Translations under genes and position numbers: made by a program
Notes under the pieces: generated by a model
What the model saw: the letters and a program-made list of their open reading frames with translations, nothing else
What the model was told of the DNA's origin: nothing
Databases searched by the model: none
Part shown: piece after piece, positions 9,467-17,177 of the stretch
Numbering within the stretch: position 1 is the stretch's first letter
Layout: each line of letters starts with the position of its first letter
Origin: Alphaproteobacteria bacterium
GTDB lineage: Bacteria > Myxococcota_A > UBA796 > CAJQPC01
Assembly: GCA_020632795.1 (NCBI GenBank)
Contig: JACKEV010000023.1
Span: 5,775-69,774 of the forward strand
DNA: 64,000 bases
Reading direction: 5' to 3'

Positions 9467-10207
9467 ATGCTGATCTCGACGATCCTGCTGTCCCTGGGCG
9501 TCGCCCAGGCCGCCGACACCACCCAGGTCCGCTACACGCTGGCGGTCGACGGCGAGCCCGTGGGCTTCCGCGAGCTGGAGGTCAAGTACCTGCTCTCCGA
9601 GGCCGGGGATGAGGTCCGCATCCTCGAGTCCTGGACCGAGCTGACGGTCACCGTCGCCGGGACCCCGTTCAGCTACCAGCAGCGCCTGGCCGGGCGCGGC
9701 GGGGACGGCGGCTTCGCCAGCGTGGTCAACGAGAACGGCGTCAACCGCGAGATCCAGGCGGTCCACACCCCCGGCGGCTGGATCGTCACGGTGGCCGAGG
9801 GCGGGCAGGCCAAGGTCTACAACATGGCCCCCACCGACTTCGACCTGACCTCGCTGCTGCTGGTCGACCCGGGCGCGACCCGGGGCCTGGACGGGCGCAG
9901 CCAGCTCCAGGTGCTCACCGCCGAGACCGGTCAGGTCATCGGGGGGACGCTGGCGACCCGGGGCGAGGTCCTGGTGCCCGTCGGCGACCGCACCCTCAAG
10001 GGCACGGAGTACATCTGGTCCCTGCCCGAGGGCGAGGTCCGCATGGCCTGGGGCGAGAAGGGCCACCTGCTGCGCTACACCATGCGCGTCGCGGGCCGCA
10101 ACGTCACCGCGACCCTCGACGCCCCGCCCCCCGAGCGCTCCTGGGGCTCGGCCATGGAGACCCCGCTGATCCCCACGGCGCCGACCTTGAAGGAGGACGA
10201 GCTGTAA
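9467..10207 (+). CDS. secreted hypothetical protein
   Basis: The track ORF 9395..10207 is trimmed to ATG 9467, giving the signal peptide MLISTILLSLGVAQAAD. No family recognised. Confidence 0.6.
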   Translation: MLISTILLSLGVAQAADTTQVRYTLAVDGEPVGFRELEVKYLLSEAGDEVRILESWTELTVTVAGTPFSYQQRLAGRGGDGGFASVVNENGVNREIQAVHTPGGWIVTVAEGGQAKVYNMAPTDFDLTSLLLVDPGATRGLDGRSQLQVLTAETGQVIGGTLATRGEVLVPVGDRTLKGTEYIWSLPEGEVRMAWGEKGHLLRYTMRVAGRNVTATLDAPPPERSWGSAMETPLIPTAPTLKEDEL

Positions 10208-10259
10208 GGAGGGCGCGCGCGGCGGGGCTTCAGCGAAGCGGTCCGCGAGGGGTGCCCCC

Positions 10260-11597
10260 TCACCGCCCGATCGACCCGTCCTTCGCCACCTTCACCCCGG
10301 TCTCCGGGAAGTCCTCCGCCGAGAGCTGCCGGATGAGGTCGATGGCCTGGCCCTCGGGGTCCGGCGCGGGCACGCCCTCGCCCTCCTGGAGGGTGGGCAG
10401 GATGCGGCCCCCGGCGAAGCGGCCCCGGGCGTCCAGGGTCACGTCCAGGATGAGCCCCACGCCCAGGTAGCCGGACAGGTTGAACCGGCCGTAGGTCGCG
10501 AAGTTGCCCAGGGAGTAGGCGATGAGGCGGTCCTTGTACAGCTCCATCGCCCGGGGGACGTGGGGGCCGTGGCCGATGACCAGGTCCGCGCCCGCGTCGA
10601 CCACCGCGTGGGTGAAGACCCTCAAGTCCCCTCGGTTCTCGCCGTAGAAGCGCTCCCCGCCGTGGGGGACGTGCAGGGCCTTGGCGCCCTCGGCCCCGCC
10701 GTGGAAGGAGACGATGACGAGGTCGTGGTCCGCGTCCACGGCCTGCACCAGGGCCACGGCGGTCTCGGTGTCGTTGAGGTTGTGGCAGCTGTCGGAGGTG
10801 TGGAAGCCGATGAGGCCGATCTTGAGGCCGTTGTGCTCCACGGTGGCGATGGTGCCCGGCCGGCCGCTGTAGTGGATGCCCAGGGCGTCGAGGGTGGCCT
10901 CGGTCTCCATCCGGCAGGTGTCGCCGAAGTCGCTGGCGTGGTTGTTGGCGGTGGAGGCCAGGTCCACCCCGACGTCGGCGAGGTATCGGCCGTAGCGGGT
11001 GGGGGAGCGGAAGGCGTAGCAGTTCTCGCCCTCGCCGCACTTGTCGGTGAACCCGCCGTCGCAGAGGGGGCCCTCCAGGTTCACGAAGGTGAGGTCAGCG
11101 TCCCGGAGCAGGGGCCCGACCGCGTCGAGCAGGCCCGCGCCGTCGTTCGGGGGCAGGTTGCCGGCGGGGAAGTCGGTGCCGAGCATGACGTCGCCCGCCG
11201 CGCGCAGGCGCACGGTGGCGCCCTCGGGGGGCGGGGTGCGCACGGTGTCGGGGGCGCCCTGGGCCGCGGCGGCGACCATGCGCTGGACCTCCAGGTTGCC
11301 CCGGGCGGTGCCGATGTGCCGGTCGACCTGGGGGTGGTCGGGCTCCAGGGCCTTGACCTTGTCCCAGGCCTGGACCACCCCGGCCCAGTCGGACTTGAGC
11401 CAGCGGGCCCAGCCCAGCTCCCACCAGCAGTCGGCGCGCGCGGGGTCGGCGGCGGTGCATGCCTCCAGAGCTGCGATGGCGGCGTCGGCGTCCTTCTGCT
11501 GAAGCGCGGCGACGCCAGCGGCGTAGTGCGCCTCGGCGGACTCCTGGGCGAGGGCGGGCGGTGCGAGCAGCAGGGCGAGGGGCAGGGCGCGCATCAC
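10260..11597 (-). CDS. CapA/PGA_cap family metallophosphatase with N-terminal TPR-like region
   Basis: 445-aa ORF with a signal peptide. CapA-type motifs are RLRAAGDVMLGTD, DLTFVNLEGPL, ASTANNHASDFG, VSFHGG and HGPHVPR. Confidence 0.8.
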   Translation of the reverse strand: MMRALPLALLLAPPALAQESAEAHYAAGVAALQQKDADAAIAALEACTAADPARADCWWELGWARWLKSDWAGVVQAWDKVKALEPDHPQVDRHIGTARGNLEVQRMVAAAAQGAPDTVRTPPPEGATVRLRAAGDVMLGTDFPAGNLPPNDGAGLLDAVGPLLRDADLTFVNLEGPLCDGGFTDKCGEGENCYAFRSPTRYGRYLADVGVDLASTANNHASDFGDTCRMETEATLDALGIHYSGRPGTIATVEHNGLKIGLIGFHTSDSCHNLNDTETAVALVQAVDADHDLVIVSFHGGAEGAKALHVPHGGERFYGENRGDLRVFTHAVVDAGADLVIGHGPHVPRAMELYKDRLIAYSLGNFATYGRFNLSGYLGVGLILDVTLDARGRFAGGRILPTLQEGEGVPAPDPEGQAIDLIRQLSAEDFPETGVKVAKDGSIGR

Positions 11598-11689
11598 GGC
11601 TCCGTTCTGGGGCGACCCCCGCGATAACCGGTTTCTTCCCTGGCGGGGGCCGCGATCCGCCGCGTAGGGTGGCGCAGGAGGAGGCGGCC

Positions 11690-11845
11690 GTGCTCCAGCC
11701 AGGGATGGGCCTCATCGTGGCGGCGTGCGCCGGGCTGGCGCTGGGCTGCGGCCAGCGCCACACCAGGCCCGACGACGACACCACCCTGACCCCCCGGGGC
11801 CACGGCTGCGTCGAGGTCACCGAGCAGACCGGCGAACGGGGCTGA
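11690..11845 (+). CDS. small putative lipoprotein (51 aa)
   Basis: GTG 11690 lies 5 nt after AGGAGGAGG, with an in-frame ATG at 11705. Sequence ...MGLIVAACAGLALGCGQRH... is a signal plus lipobox-like LGC. Its last 40 nt are duplicated at 13069..13108. Short, so uncertain. Confidence 0.4.
   Translation: MLQPGMGLIVAACAGLALGCGQRHTRPDDDTTLTPRGHGCVEVTEQTGERG
11806..11845 (+). repeat. left copy of a 40-bp imperfect direct repeat flanking the AT-richer insert
   Basis: ctgcgtcgaggtcaccgagcagaccggcgaacggggctga versus 13069..13108 ctgcgtcgaggtcaccgagctggccggcgaacggggctga. That is 38/40 identical by eye. Confidence 0.85.
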
Positions 11846-11861
11846 GCCTGTTCTGAGACCG

Positions 11862-12668
11862 TCAGACGGAGATTTGTTGAATTTGCCGAACGCCCGGACT
11901 TGGGGGGGAAGGAGGCCGGTCGACCCGGTGGCCACAGTTCGGACACCAGAGGGGGTCCTTCAGGACCTTCTCTTCTGGAATGTCGGCTGAGAAGTGTGAC
12001 TCGCAGCTCGGGCAGTGATCCCGGATGGAATGCACGACCGACTTCTCCACCTCGGCAGAGTACCGAACGACCTGATCCCGACCCTTGCGCTTCGCGTAGT
12101 TGACCGCTTCCTCGAGCAAGATGCGAATTCGACGAGCTGTCGGCGTGTCAGGGGCATCGTCCCCGACCGCCCACCCGATGCTGACCGTGCAACGCATCGT
12201 CTCCCGCATACCCGAGACCCGGATCTCGACCCGCTTGATGGACTCCCTGAAGTGCTCCAGGCTTCCATGGATGTCGGCGAAAATGGTCTCGGGCTCATCC
12301 TCCTCGATGTCACCCAAGAAGAAGAACTCATCTCCGTGGGCACGGAACGCCACGACGAGCCGGCCGGCAAAGTAGTCCCGCGCGGCGATCTCCATGTGGG
12401 TCGCGACCTTCTGCAGTAGCTTGTCGGCGTTCTGATAACCAAAGGCGTCGTTCAACCTCTTGAACCGATCAATCTCGACGAAACCTACCCAGAACCGGCG
12501 GCTCTGCTGGACATACCGCTCGACCGCTTCGGCGAGGCGTTCACTGAGCGCGAGGTCGTTCGGAAGACCTGTGAGCTGATCTCGAAGCTGCTCAATGCGG
12601 ACAGCTTCTTTCATCAGGTGCTGGACCGTCTCCAGCGCCTCTTGAATCTTCTCACCAGATGCTTTCAT
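11862..12668 (-). CDS. divergent GGDEF-family nucleotide cyclase (HGDEF) with N-terminal coiled coil and C-terminal zinc ribbon
   Basis: 268-aa ORF. GGDEF-domain landmarks are DQLTGLPN, IDRFKRLNDAFGYQNADKLL, RAHGDEFFFL (12324..12338), SIGWAV and NYAKRKGRDQVV. The C-terminus has HCPSC...x21...WCPNCGH (about 11865..12017). No RxxD I-site is seen upstream of the active-site motif. Confidence 0.75.
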   Translation of the reverse strand: MKASGEKIQEALETVQHLMKEAVRIEQLRDQLTGLPNDLALSERLAEAVERYVQQSRRFWVGFVEIDRFKRLNDAFGYQNADKLLQKVATHMEIAARDYFAGRLVVAFRAHGDEFFFLGDIEEDEPETIFADIHGSLEHFRESIKRVEIRVSGMRETMRCTVSIGWAVGDDAPDTPTARRIRILLEEAVNYAKRKGRDQVVRYSAEVEKSVVHSIRDHCPSCESHFSADIPEEKVLKDPLWCPNCGHRVDRPPSPPSPGVRQIQQISV

Positions 12669-13045
12669 GCGATACTTAAAGGTCGTGTAGCCCCTGAAAG
12701 CAGTCTTTGCACCAGATCTTCGAGCGTCTTGTCGGCGTAGGGCTTGGTATCAGGGTCGAAGTCGGCTCGGAAGTTCTGGAGCCCCTTGGCCGGGTTGTCG
12801 ATGGTGACGAACCACACCGGGGTCTTCGCACCCAGCCTCCCCAGTTCGGCGGACACCAACTCCAAGCCTTGCTCACGCAGGCGCAGCTTGAGCTGTCTGT
12901 GGAAGCGATCCCGTTGCTCCTTTGCGGTGACCACGGACGCTCCAAGGACACCCAAACCCAGCAGGCCCGCCGCGATCAAGAGGCTGTTTGTGTCGTCGTT
13001 CGCTGCCATCTTCTTCAGGATAGGCGACCCCCCCAACGCTGACAA
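12665..13045 (-). CDS. small single-pass membrane protein
   Basis: 126-aa ORF with an alternative ATG at 13009. One hydrophobic helix (LLIAAGLLGLGVLGASVV) is followed by a soluble tail of about 85 aa. Its stop overlaps the start of the GGDEF-like gene by 4 nt. Confidence 0.55.
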   Translation of the reverse strand: MSALGGSPILKKMAANDDTNSLLIAAGLLGLGVLGASVVTAKEQRDRFHRQLKLRLREQGLELVSAELGRLGAKTPVWFVTIDNPAKGLQNFRADFDPDTKPYADKTLEDLVQRLLSGATRPLSIA

Positions 13046-13068
13046 GCCACGCTGTGCCGATTCTGCTC

Positions 13069-13108
13069 CTGCGTCGAGGTCACCGAGCTGGCCGGCGAAC
13101 GGGGCTGA
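13069..13108 (+). repeat. right copy of the 40-bp imperfect direct repeat
   Basis: See 11806..11845. It reads in frame as CVEVTELAGERG-stop, a duplicate of the 3' end of the small lipoprotein ORF. Confidence 0.85.
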
Positions 13109-13193
13109 TCTCCAGCCCTTGACCGGTTAAGAGAGTCGGTCTCCCCGGGCTGCAGACCGCGCGGCCCGCTGATCCCCTCGGAGCCCTGCGCCC

Positions 13194-15701
13194 ATGTCCG
13201 ACCCGACCATCGCCGCGAGCCTGATCCCGATCAACATCGAAGACGAGATGCGGACGTCCTACCTGGACTATTCCATGTCCGTCATCATCGGCCGCGCCCT
13301 GCCAGACGTGCGCGACGGCCTCAAGCCGGTCCACCGCCGCATCCTCTACGCGATGTACGACGAGGGCCTGCTCGCCAGCCGCAAGTACAGCAAGTGCGCG
13401 GGCGTGGTCGGCGAGGTGCTCAAGAAGTACCACCCCCACGGCGACAGCGCGGTCTACGACGCCCTGGTCCGCATGGCCCAGCCCTGGAACATGCGGTACC
13501 CGCTGGTCGACGGCCAGGGCAACTTCGGCTCCCCCGACGGCGACTCCGCAGCGGCCTACCGCTACACCGAGTCCCGCATGATGAAGCTCGCGCAGGAGCT
13601 GCTCGCGGACATCGAGAAGGAGACCGTCAACTTCACCCCCAACTTCGACGGCGTACACCTTGAGCCCGAGGTGCTGCCCGCCCGCTTCCCCAACCTGCTG
13701 GTCAACGGCTCCGAGGGCATCGCGGTGGGCATGGCCACCAAGATCCCACCCCACAACCTCGCCGAGGTCATCAACGCCACCGTCGCCCTGATCGACGACC
13801 CCGAGCTGACCAGCGAGCAGCTCATGGCCGAGCACGTCCCGGGGCCCGACTTCCCCACCGGGGCGCTCATCTACGGCCGCGCCGGCATCCACGACGCCTA
13901 CACCACCGGCCGGGGCCGGGTCATCATCCGCGCCCGCACCCACTTCGAGGACATCAGCGCCGAGCGCCAGGCCATCATCATCGACGAGCTGCCCTTCCAG
14001 GTGGGCGCCAACCGCATCATGGAGCAGATCGCCGGCCTGGTGCGGGACAAGCGCATCGAGGGCATCGCCGCGATCCGCGACGAGTCCGACCGCACCGGCC
14101 GCCGGGTGGTCATCGAGCTCAAGCGCGACGCCTACGGCGAGGTCGTGCTCAACAAGCTGTTCAAGCACACCGACCTCCAGGCCACCTTCGGCGTGATCCT
14201 GCTGGCCATCGTCAACGGCCAGCCCCAGGTGCTGACCCTGCGCGAGATGCTCGCCCAGTACATCTCCCACCGCCGCGACGTCATCACCCGGCGCTGCCGC
14301 TACGAGCTGCGCAAGGCCCGCGAGCGCGCGCACCTGGTGGAGGGCTTCCTCAAGGCCCTCGACCTCATCGACGAGATCATCGCCCTCATCCGCGCCTCCC
14401 GCACCACCGACGAGGCCCGCGAGGGCCTGATCTCCCGGTTCGAGTTCTCCGAGATCCAGGCCCGCGCCATCCTGGAGATGCAGCTCCGCCGCCTCACCGG
14501 CCTGGAGCGCGAGAAGCTGGAGGAGGAGTACGCCGAGCTGCTCGCCACCATCGAGCGCCTGGAGGCCATCCTGGCCTCGGACGCGCTCCTGATGCAGGTG
14601 GTCAAGGACGAGCTGATCGAGGTGCGCGACGCCTTCACCGACCCCCGGCGCACCGAGATCGTCGACGCGGTGGGCGAGCTGAACATCCTCGACCTCATCG
14701 CCGAGGAGGAGCAGGTCGTGACCATGTCGGTCAACGGCTACATCAAGCGCTCCTCCCTCGACCTCTACCAGGAGCAGCGCCGCGGCGGCATGGGCCGCAA
14801 GGGCATGCGCACCCGCGACGAGGACTCGGTGCGCGAGATCTTCATCGCGAACACCCACAGCTTCCTGCTGGTCTTCACCACCCAGGGCCTGGTCTACCGC
14901 CTGCCCGTCTACGCCATCCCCGAGGCCGGCCGCGACGCCAAGGGCAAGCCCATCGTCAACCTCGTCCAGCTCGAGCCCGACGAGGAGGTCGCCGCCGTCC
15001 TGAGCATCCGCGAGTTCGGCGAGGAGGACGACCTGCTGTTCTGCTCCCGGCGGGGCCTGGTCAAGCGCACCCCCCTGTCCGACTACAAGAACCTCCGCAA
15101 CGTGGGCCTGCGCGCCTACGACTGCGCCGAGGACGACTCCCTGTTCACCGTGGTGCTGCGCGGCGACGAAGAGGAGGTCATGATCGCCACCCGCGACGGC
15201 ATGTCCATCCGCTTCCCCGTCGAGGAGGTGCGCCACATGGGCCGCGTCGCCCGGGGCGTGAAGGGCATCCAGCTCCAGGACGACGATGAGATCGTCTCGA
15301 CGGAGGTCATCGCCAACGACCCCTCCCTCGAGGTGCTCGCGGTCACCGAGAACGGCTACGGCAAGCGCACCGCGCTGGACGAGTACCGGGTCCAGGGTCG
15401 GGGCGGCCAGGGCATCATCAACATCAAGACCGACGAGCGCAACGGCCACGTCGCCGGCACCCTGCAGGTCCACGACGACGACAAGGTCATGCTGATCACC
15501 GACACCGGCCGGGTCATCAAGATCGCGGTGGCCGAGATCCGCTCCCAGGGCCGGAACACCATGGGCGTCACCCTGATGCGCGTCGGCGACGACGAGCGCA
15601 TCGTCTCGGTCACCCGGGTGGTCGAGGAGGACGAGGACGACGAGGACGACGAGGTCGTCGGGCATGACGACGCCTTCGAGGACGGCGACGGCGAGGAGTA
15701 G
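13194..15701 (+). CDS. gyrA: DNA gyrase subunit A
   Basis: 835-aa ORF. Canonical GyrA motifs are [54 protein letters not shown] and the active-site AAYRYTE. C-terminal beta-pinwheel repeats and an acidic tail are present. Confidence 0.97.
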   Translation: MSDPTIAASLIPINIEDEMRTSYLDYSMSVIIGRALPDVRDGLKPVHRRILYAMYDEGLLASRKYSKCAGVVGEVLKKYHPHGDSAVYDALVRMAQPWNMRYPLVDGQGNFGSPDGDSAAAYRYTESRMMKLAQELLADIEKETVNFTPNFDGVHLEPEVLPARFPNLLVNGSEGIAVGMATKIPPHNLAEVINATVALIDDPELTSEQLMAEHVPGPDFPTGALIYGRAGIHDAYTTGRGRVIIRARTHFEDISAERQAIIIDELPFQVGANRIMEQIAGLVRDKRIEGIAAIRDESDRTGRRVVIELKRDAYGEVVLNKLFKHTDLQATFGVILLAIVNGQPQVLTLREMLAQYISHRRDVITRRCRYELRKARERAHLVEGFLKALDLIDEIIALIRASRTTDEAREGLISRFEFSEIQARAILEMQLRRLTGLEREKLEEEYAELLATIERLEAILASDALLMQVVKDELIEVRDAFTDPRRTEIVDAVGELNILDLIAEEEQVVTMSVNGYIKRSSLDLYQEQRRGGMGRKGMRTRDEDSVREIFIANTHSFLLVFTTQGLVYRLPVYAIPEAGRDAKGKPIVNLVQLEPDEEVAAVLSIREFGEEDDLLFCSRRGLVKRTPLSDYKNLRNVGLRAYDCAEDDSLFTVVLRGDEEEVMIATRDGMSIRFPVEEVRHMGRVARGVKGIQLQDDDEIVSTEVIANDPSLEVLAVTENGYGKRTALDEYRVQGRGGQGIINIKTDERNGHVAGTLQVHDDDKVMLITDTGRVIKIAVAEIRSQGRNTMGVTLMRVGDDERIVSVTRVVEEDEDDEDDEVVGHDDAFEDGDGEE

Positions 15702-15779
15702 GGGCGCGCGCCGGGTGGGCGCCGGTGACCGCTTCGGGTTATCCTCCGGGGGTACCTGGGTAGCATCACGCGAGGAATC

Positions 15780-16577
15780 GTGCGCTCGGCCATCGCGCTC
15801 CTTGGCCTGCGGTCCATCGTGGCCGCTACGCTCACCCTGATCGGCGTCCCCACCCTGGTGGCGCTGGGCGTCCTCGGCCCCTGGAGCCCCTGGGCCCTGG
15901 AGCGCGCCGACCGCACGGCCCGCAGCGGCGCGGTGGATGAGGCCCTGGTCGCCTACCAGCAGATCGCCCGCTACAGCCCCTGGGACGCCGATTGCGCCGA
16001 CGCCCTGCTGCGCGCGGCGGTGCTCGCCGAGGCCGACAACCGCCCCCAGCGGGCCAACGCCCTGCTGCGCCGCTTCCAGGAGCGCTGGCCCGACCACCCC
16101 CGCGCCGCCGAGGCCATGGCCCGCCGGGGCCGCGTGGTCGCCACCGCCCTACGGGACCCCACCCGGGGCGCGCGCCTGCTGCGTGACGCTGCCGACCTTG
16201 ACCCGCACCACCCCGACGTCGTCGCCTGGCGCCTGGAGGCCGCGCTGCACGCCGAGGCGGCGGGCGCTGAGCGCCTCGCCTGGCTCGATCTGGAGCAGAT
16301 CGCCCGCGAGCACCCCGACGACGCCCCCCGCGCCTGGCTGGCCATGGCCCGCATGCGCCTGGCCGGCGGGGACCCCTCGGGCGCCCAGGTCCTCTACCAG
16401 CGGGTGCTGGACACGGGCACGGTGACCGAAGCCGACGAGACCCTCGCCCGGCTGGGCCTGTCCATCTGCCTGGAGGACCTCGGCGACGCTGAGGGCGCTG
16501 CGGCGGTGGCCGAGGCGGGCGCTTTGGACGTACGAAGAGATCGCGTGTTGCACCGCCACGAGGCCCGAAGCCGATGA
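15780..16577 (+). CDS. TPR-like repeat protein with N-terminal membrane anchor
   Basis: 265-aa ORF (GTG start). It has a hydrophobic N-terminus followed by Ala/Leu-rich helical repeats. Confidence 0.55.
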   Translation: MRSAIALLGLRSIVAATLTLIGVPTLVALGVLGPWSPWALERADRTARSGAVDEALVAYQQIARYSPWDADCADALLRAAVLAEADNRPQRANALLRRFQERWPDHPRAAEAMARRGRVVATALRDPTRGARLLRDAADLDPHHPDVVAWRLEAALHAEAAGAERLAWLDLEQIAREHPDDAPRAWLAMARMRLAGGDPSGAQVLYQRVLDTGTVTEADETLARLGLSICLEDLGDAEGAAAVAEAGALDVRRDRVLHRHEARSR

Positions 16578-17167
16578 GCCTGATCCTTGCCTTTGTCCTC
16601 GCGTGCACAGGCAAGGATGACTCCCCGGGCGTCTCTTTCCCCGATGACACCGACGTCACGGACGACACGGGCGAGATCGACCCGGACGCGGCGGTGCGGG
16701 CCATCGACCCCTCCACCCTGCCCGCCGGGGCCAACCCCTGCGACACGCCCCGCCTGGTGCGGGTGACCTGGGTGGTGGACGGCGACACCGCGGACGTGGT
16801 CCCCGACGGCGGCGGCCCCGAGGAGCGCCTGCGCTTCATCGGCCTCAACGCCCCCGAGCTGGCCTACGGCGGCAACGAGGGCGACTGCTACGGCGAGGAG
16901 GCCAGCCTCTTCGTGCGCGAGCTGATCAAGGACCGCCTGATCTGGTTGACCTTCGACGGCAACTGCACCGACCGCTACGACCGCACCCTCGCCTACCTGC
17001 ACCTCGACGCGCGGGAGGAGGGCTTCGTCAACCGCTACATCGTGCGCAGCGGCTACGCCTTCGCCTACCCCTTCGACGAGACGGACACCTTCGAGGCCGA
17101 GTTCGACGCCGACGAGACCTTCGCGCGGGAGGCCGGCCTGGCCATGTGGGGCGCCTGCGACCTCTGA
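16574..17167 (+). CDS. thermonuclease (SNase)-like lipoprotein
   Basis: Lipobox LAFVLAC. SNase-like core is VVDGDTADV...RLRFIGLNAPE...CYGEEA...DRYDRTLAYLHL. It has a 4-nt overlap with the upstream gene. Confidence 0.75.
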   Translation: MSLILAFVLACTGKDDSPGVSFPDDTDVTDDTGEIDPDAAVRAIDPSTLPAGANPCDTPRLVRVTWVVDGDTADVVPDGGGPEERLRFIGLNAPELAYGGNEGDCYGEEASLFVRELIKDRLIWLTFDGNCTDRYDRTLAYLHLDAREEGFVNRYIVRSGYAFAYPFDETDTFEAEFDADETFAREAGLAMWGACDL

Positions 17168-17177
17168 GCCCGGCGGC

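Larger units (their letters stand above)
11846..13068. other. about 1.2-kb AT-richer two-gene insert bounded by direct repeats (island-like, no recombinase seen)
   Basis: Base composition is visibly lower in GC than both flanks. It contains only the GGDEF-like gene and a small 1-TM gene. It is bounded by the 40-bp repeats. Confidence 0.6.

Noticed and set aside
10247-10261. Hairpin gagggg-tgc-cccctc between the convergent genes; possible terminator
   Set aside because: It has only a 6-bp stem and no U-tract, and it overlaps the CapA stop codon. That is too weak to call.
11846-13068. I looked for an integrase, transposase, tRNA or inverted terminal repeats that would make the insert a defined mobile element.
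   Set aside because: None was found. Only the 40-bp direct repeats and the compositional shift support mobility, so it is reported as island-like and not as a mobile_element.
13080-16097. 1005-aa minus-strand ORF
   Set aside because: It is an antisense shadow of gyrA, which is unambiguous on the plus strand.
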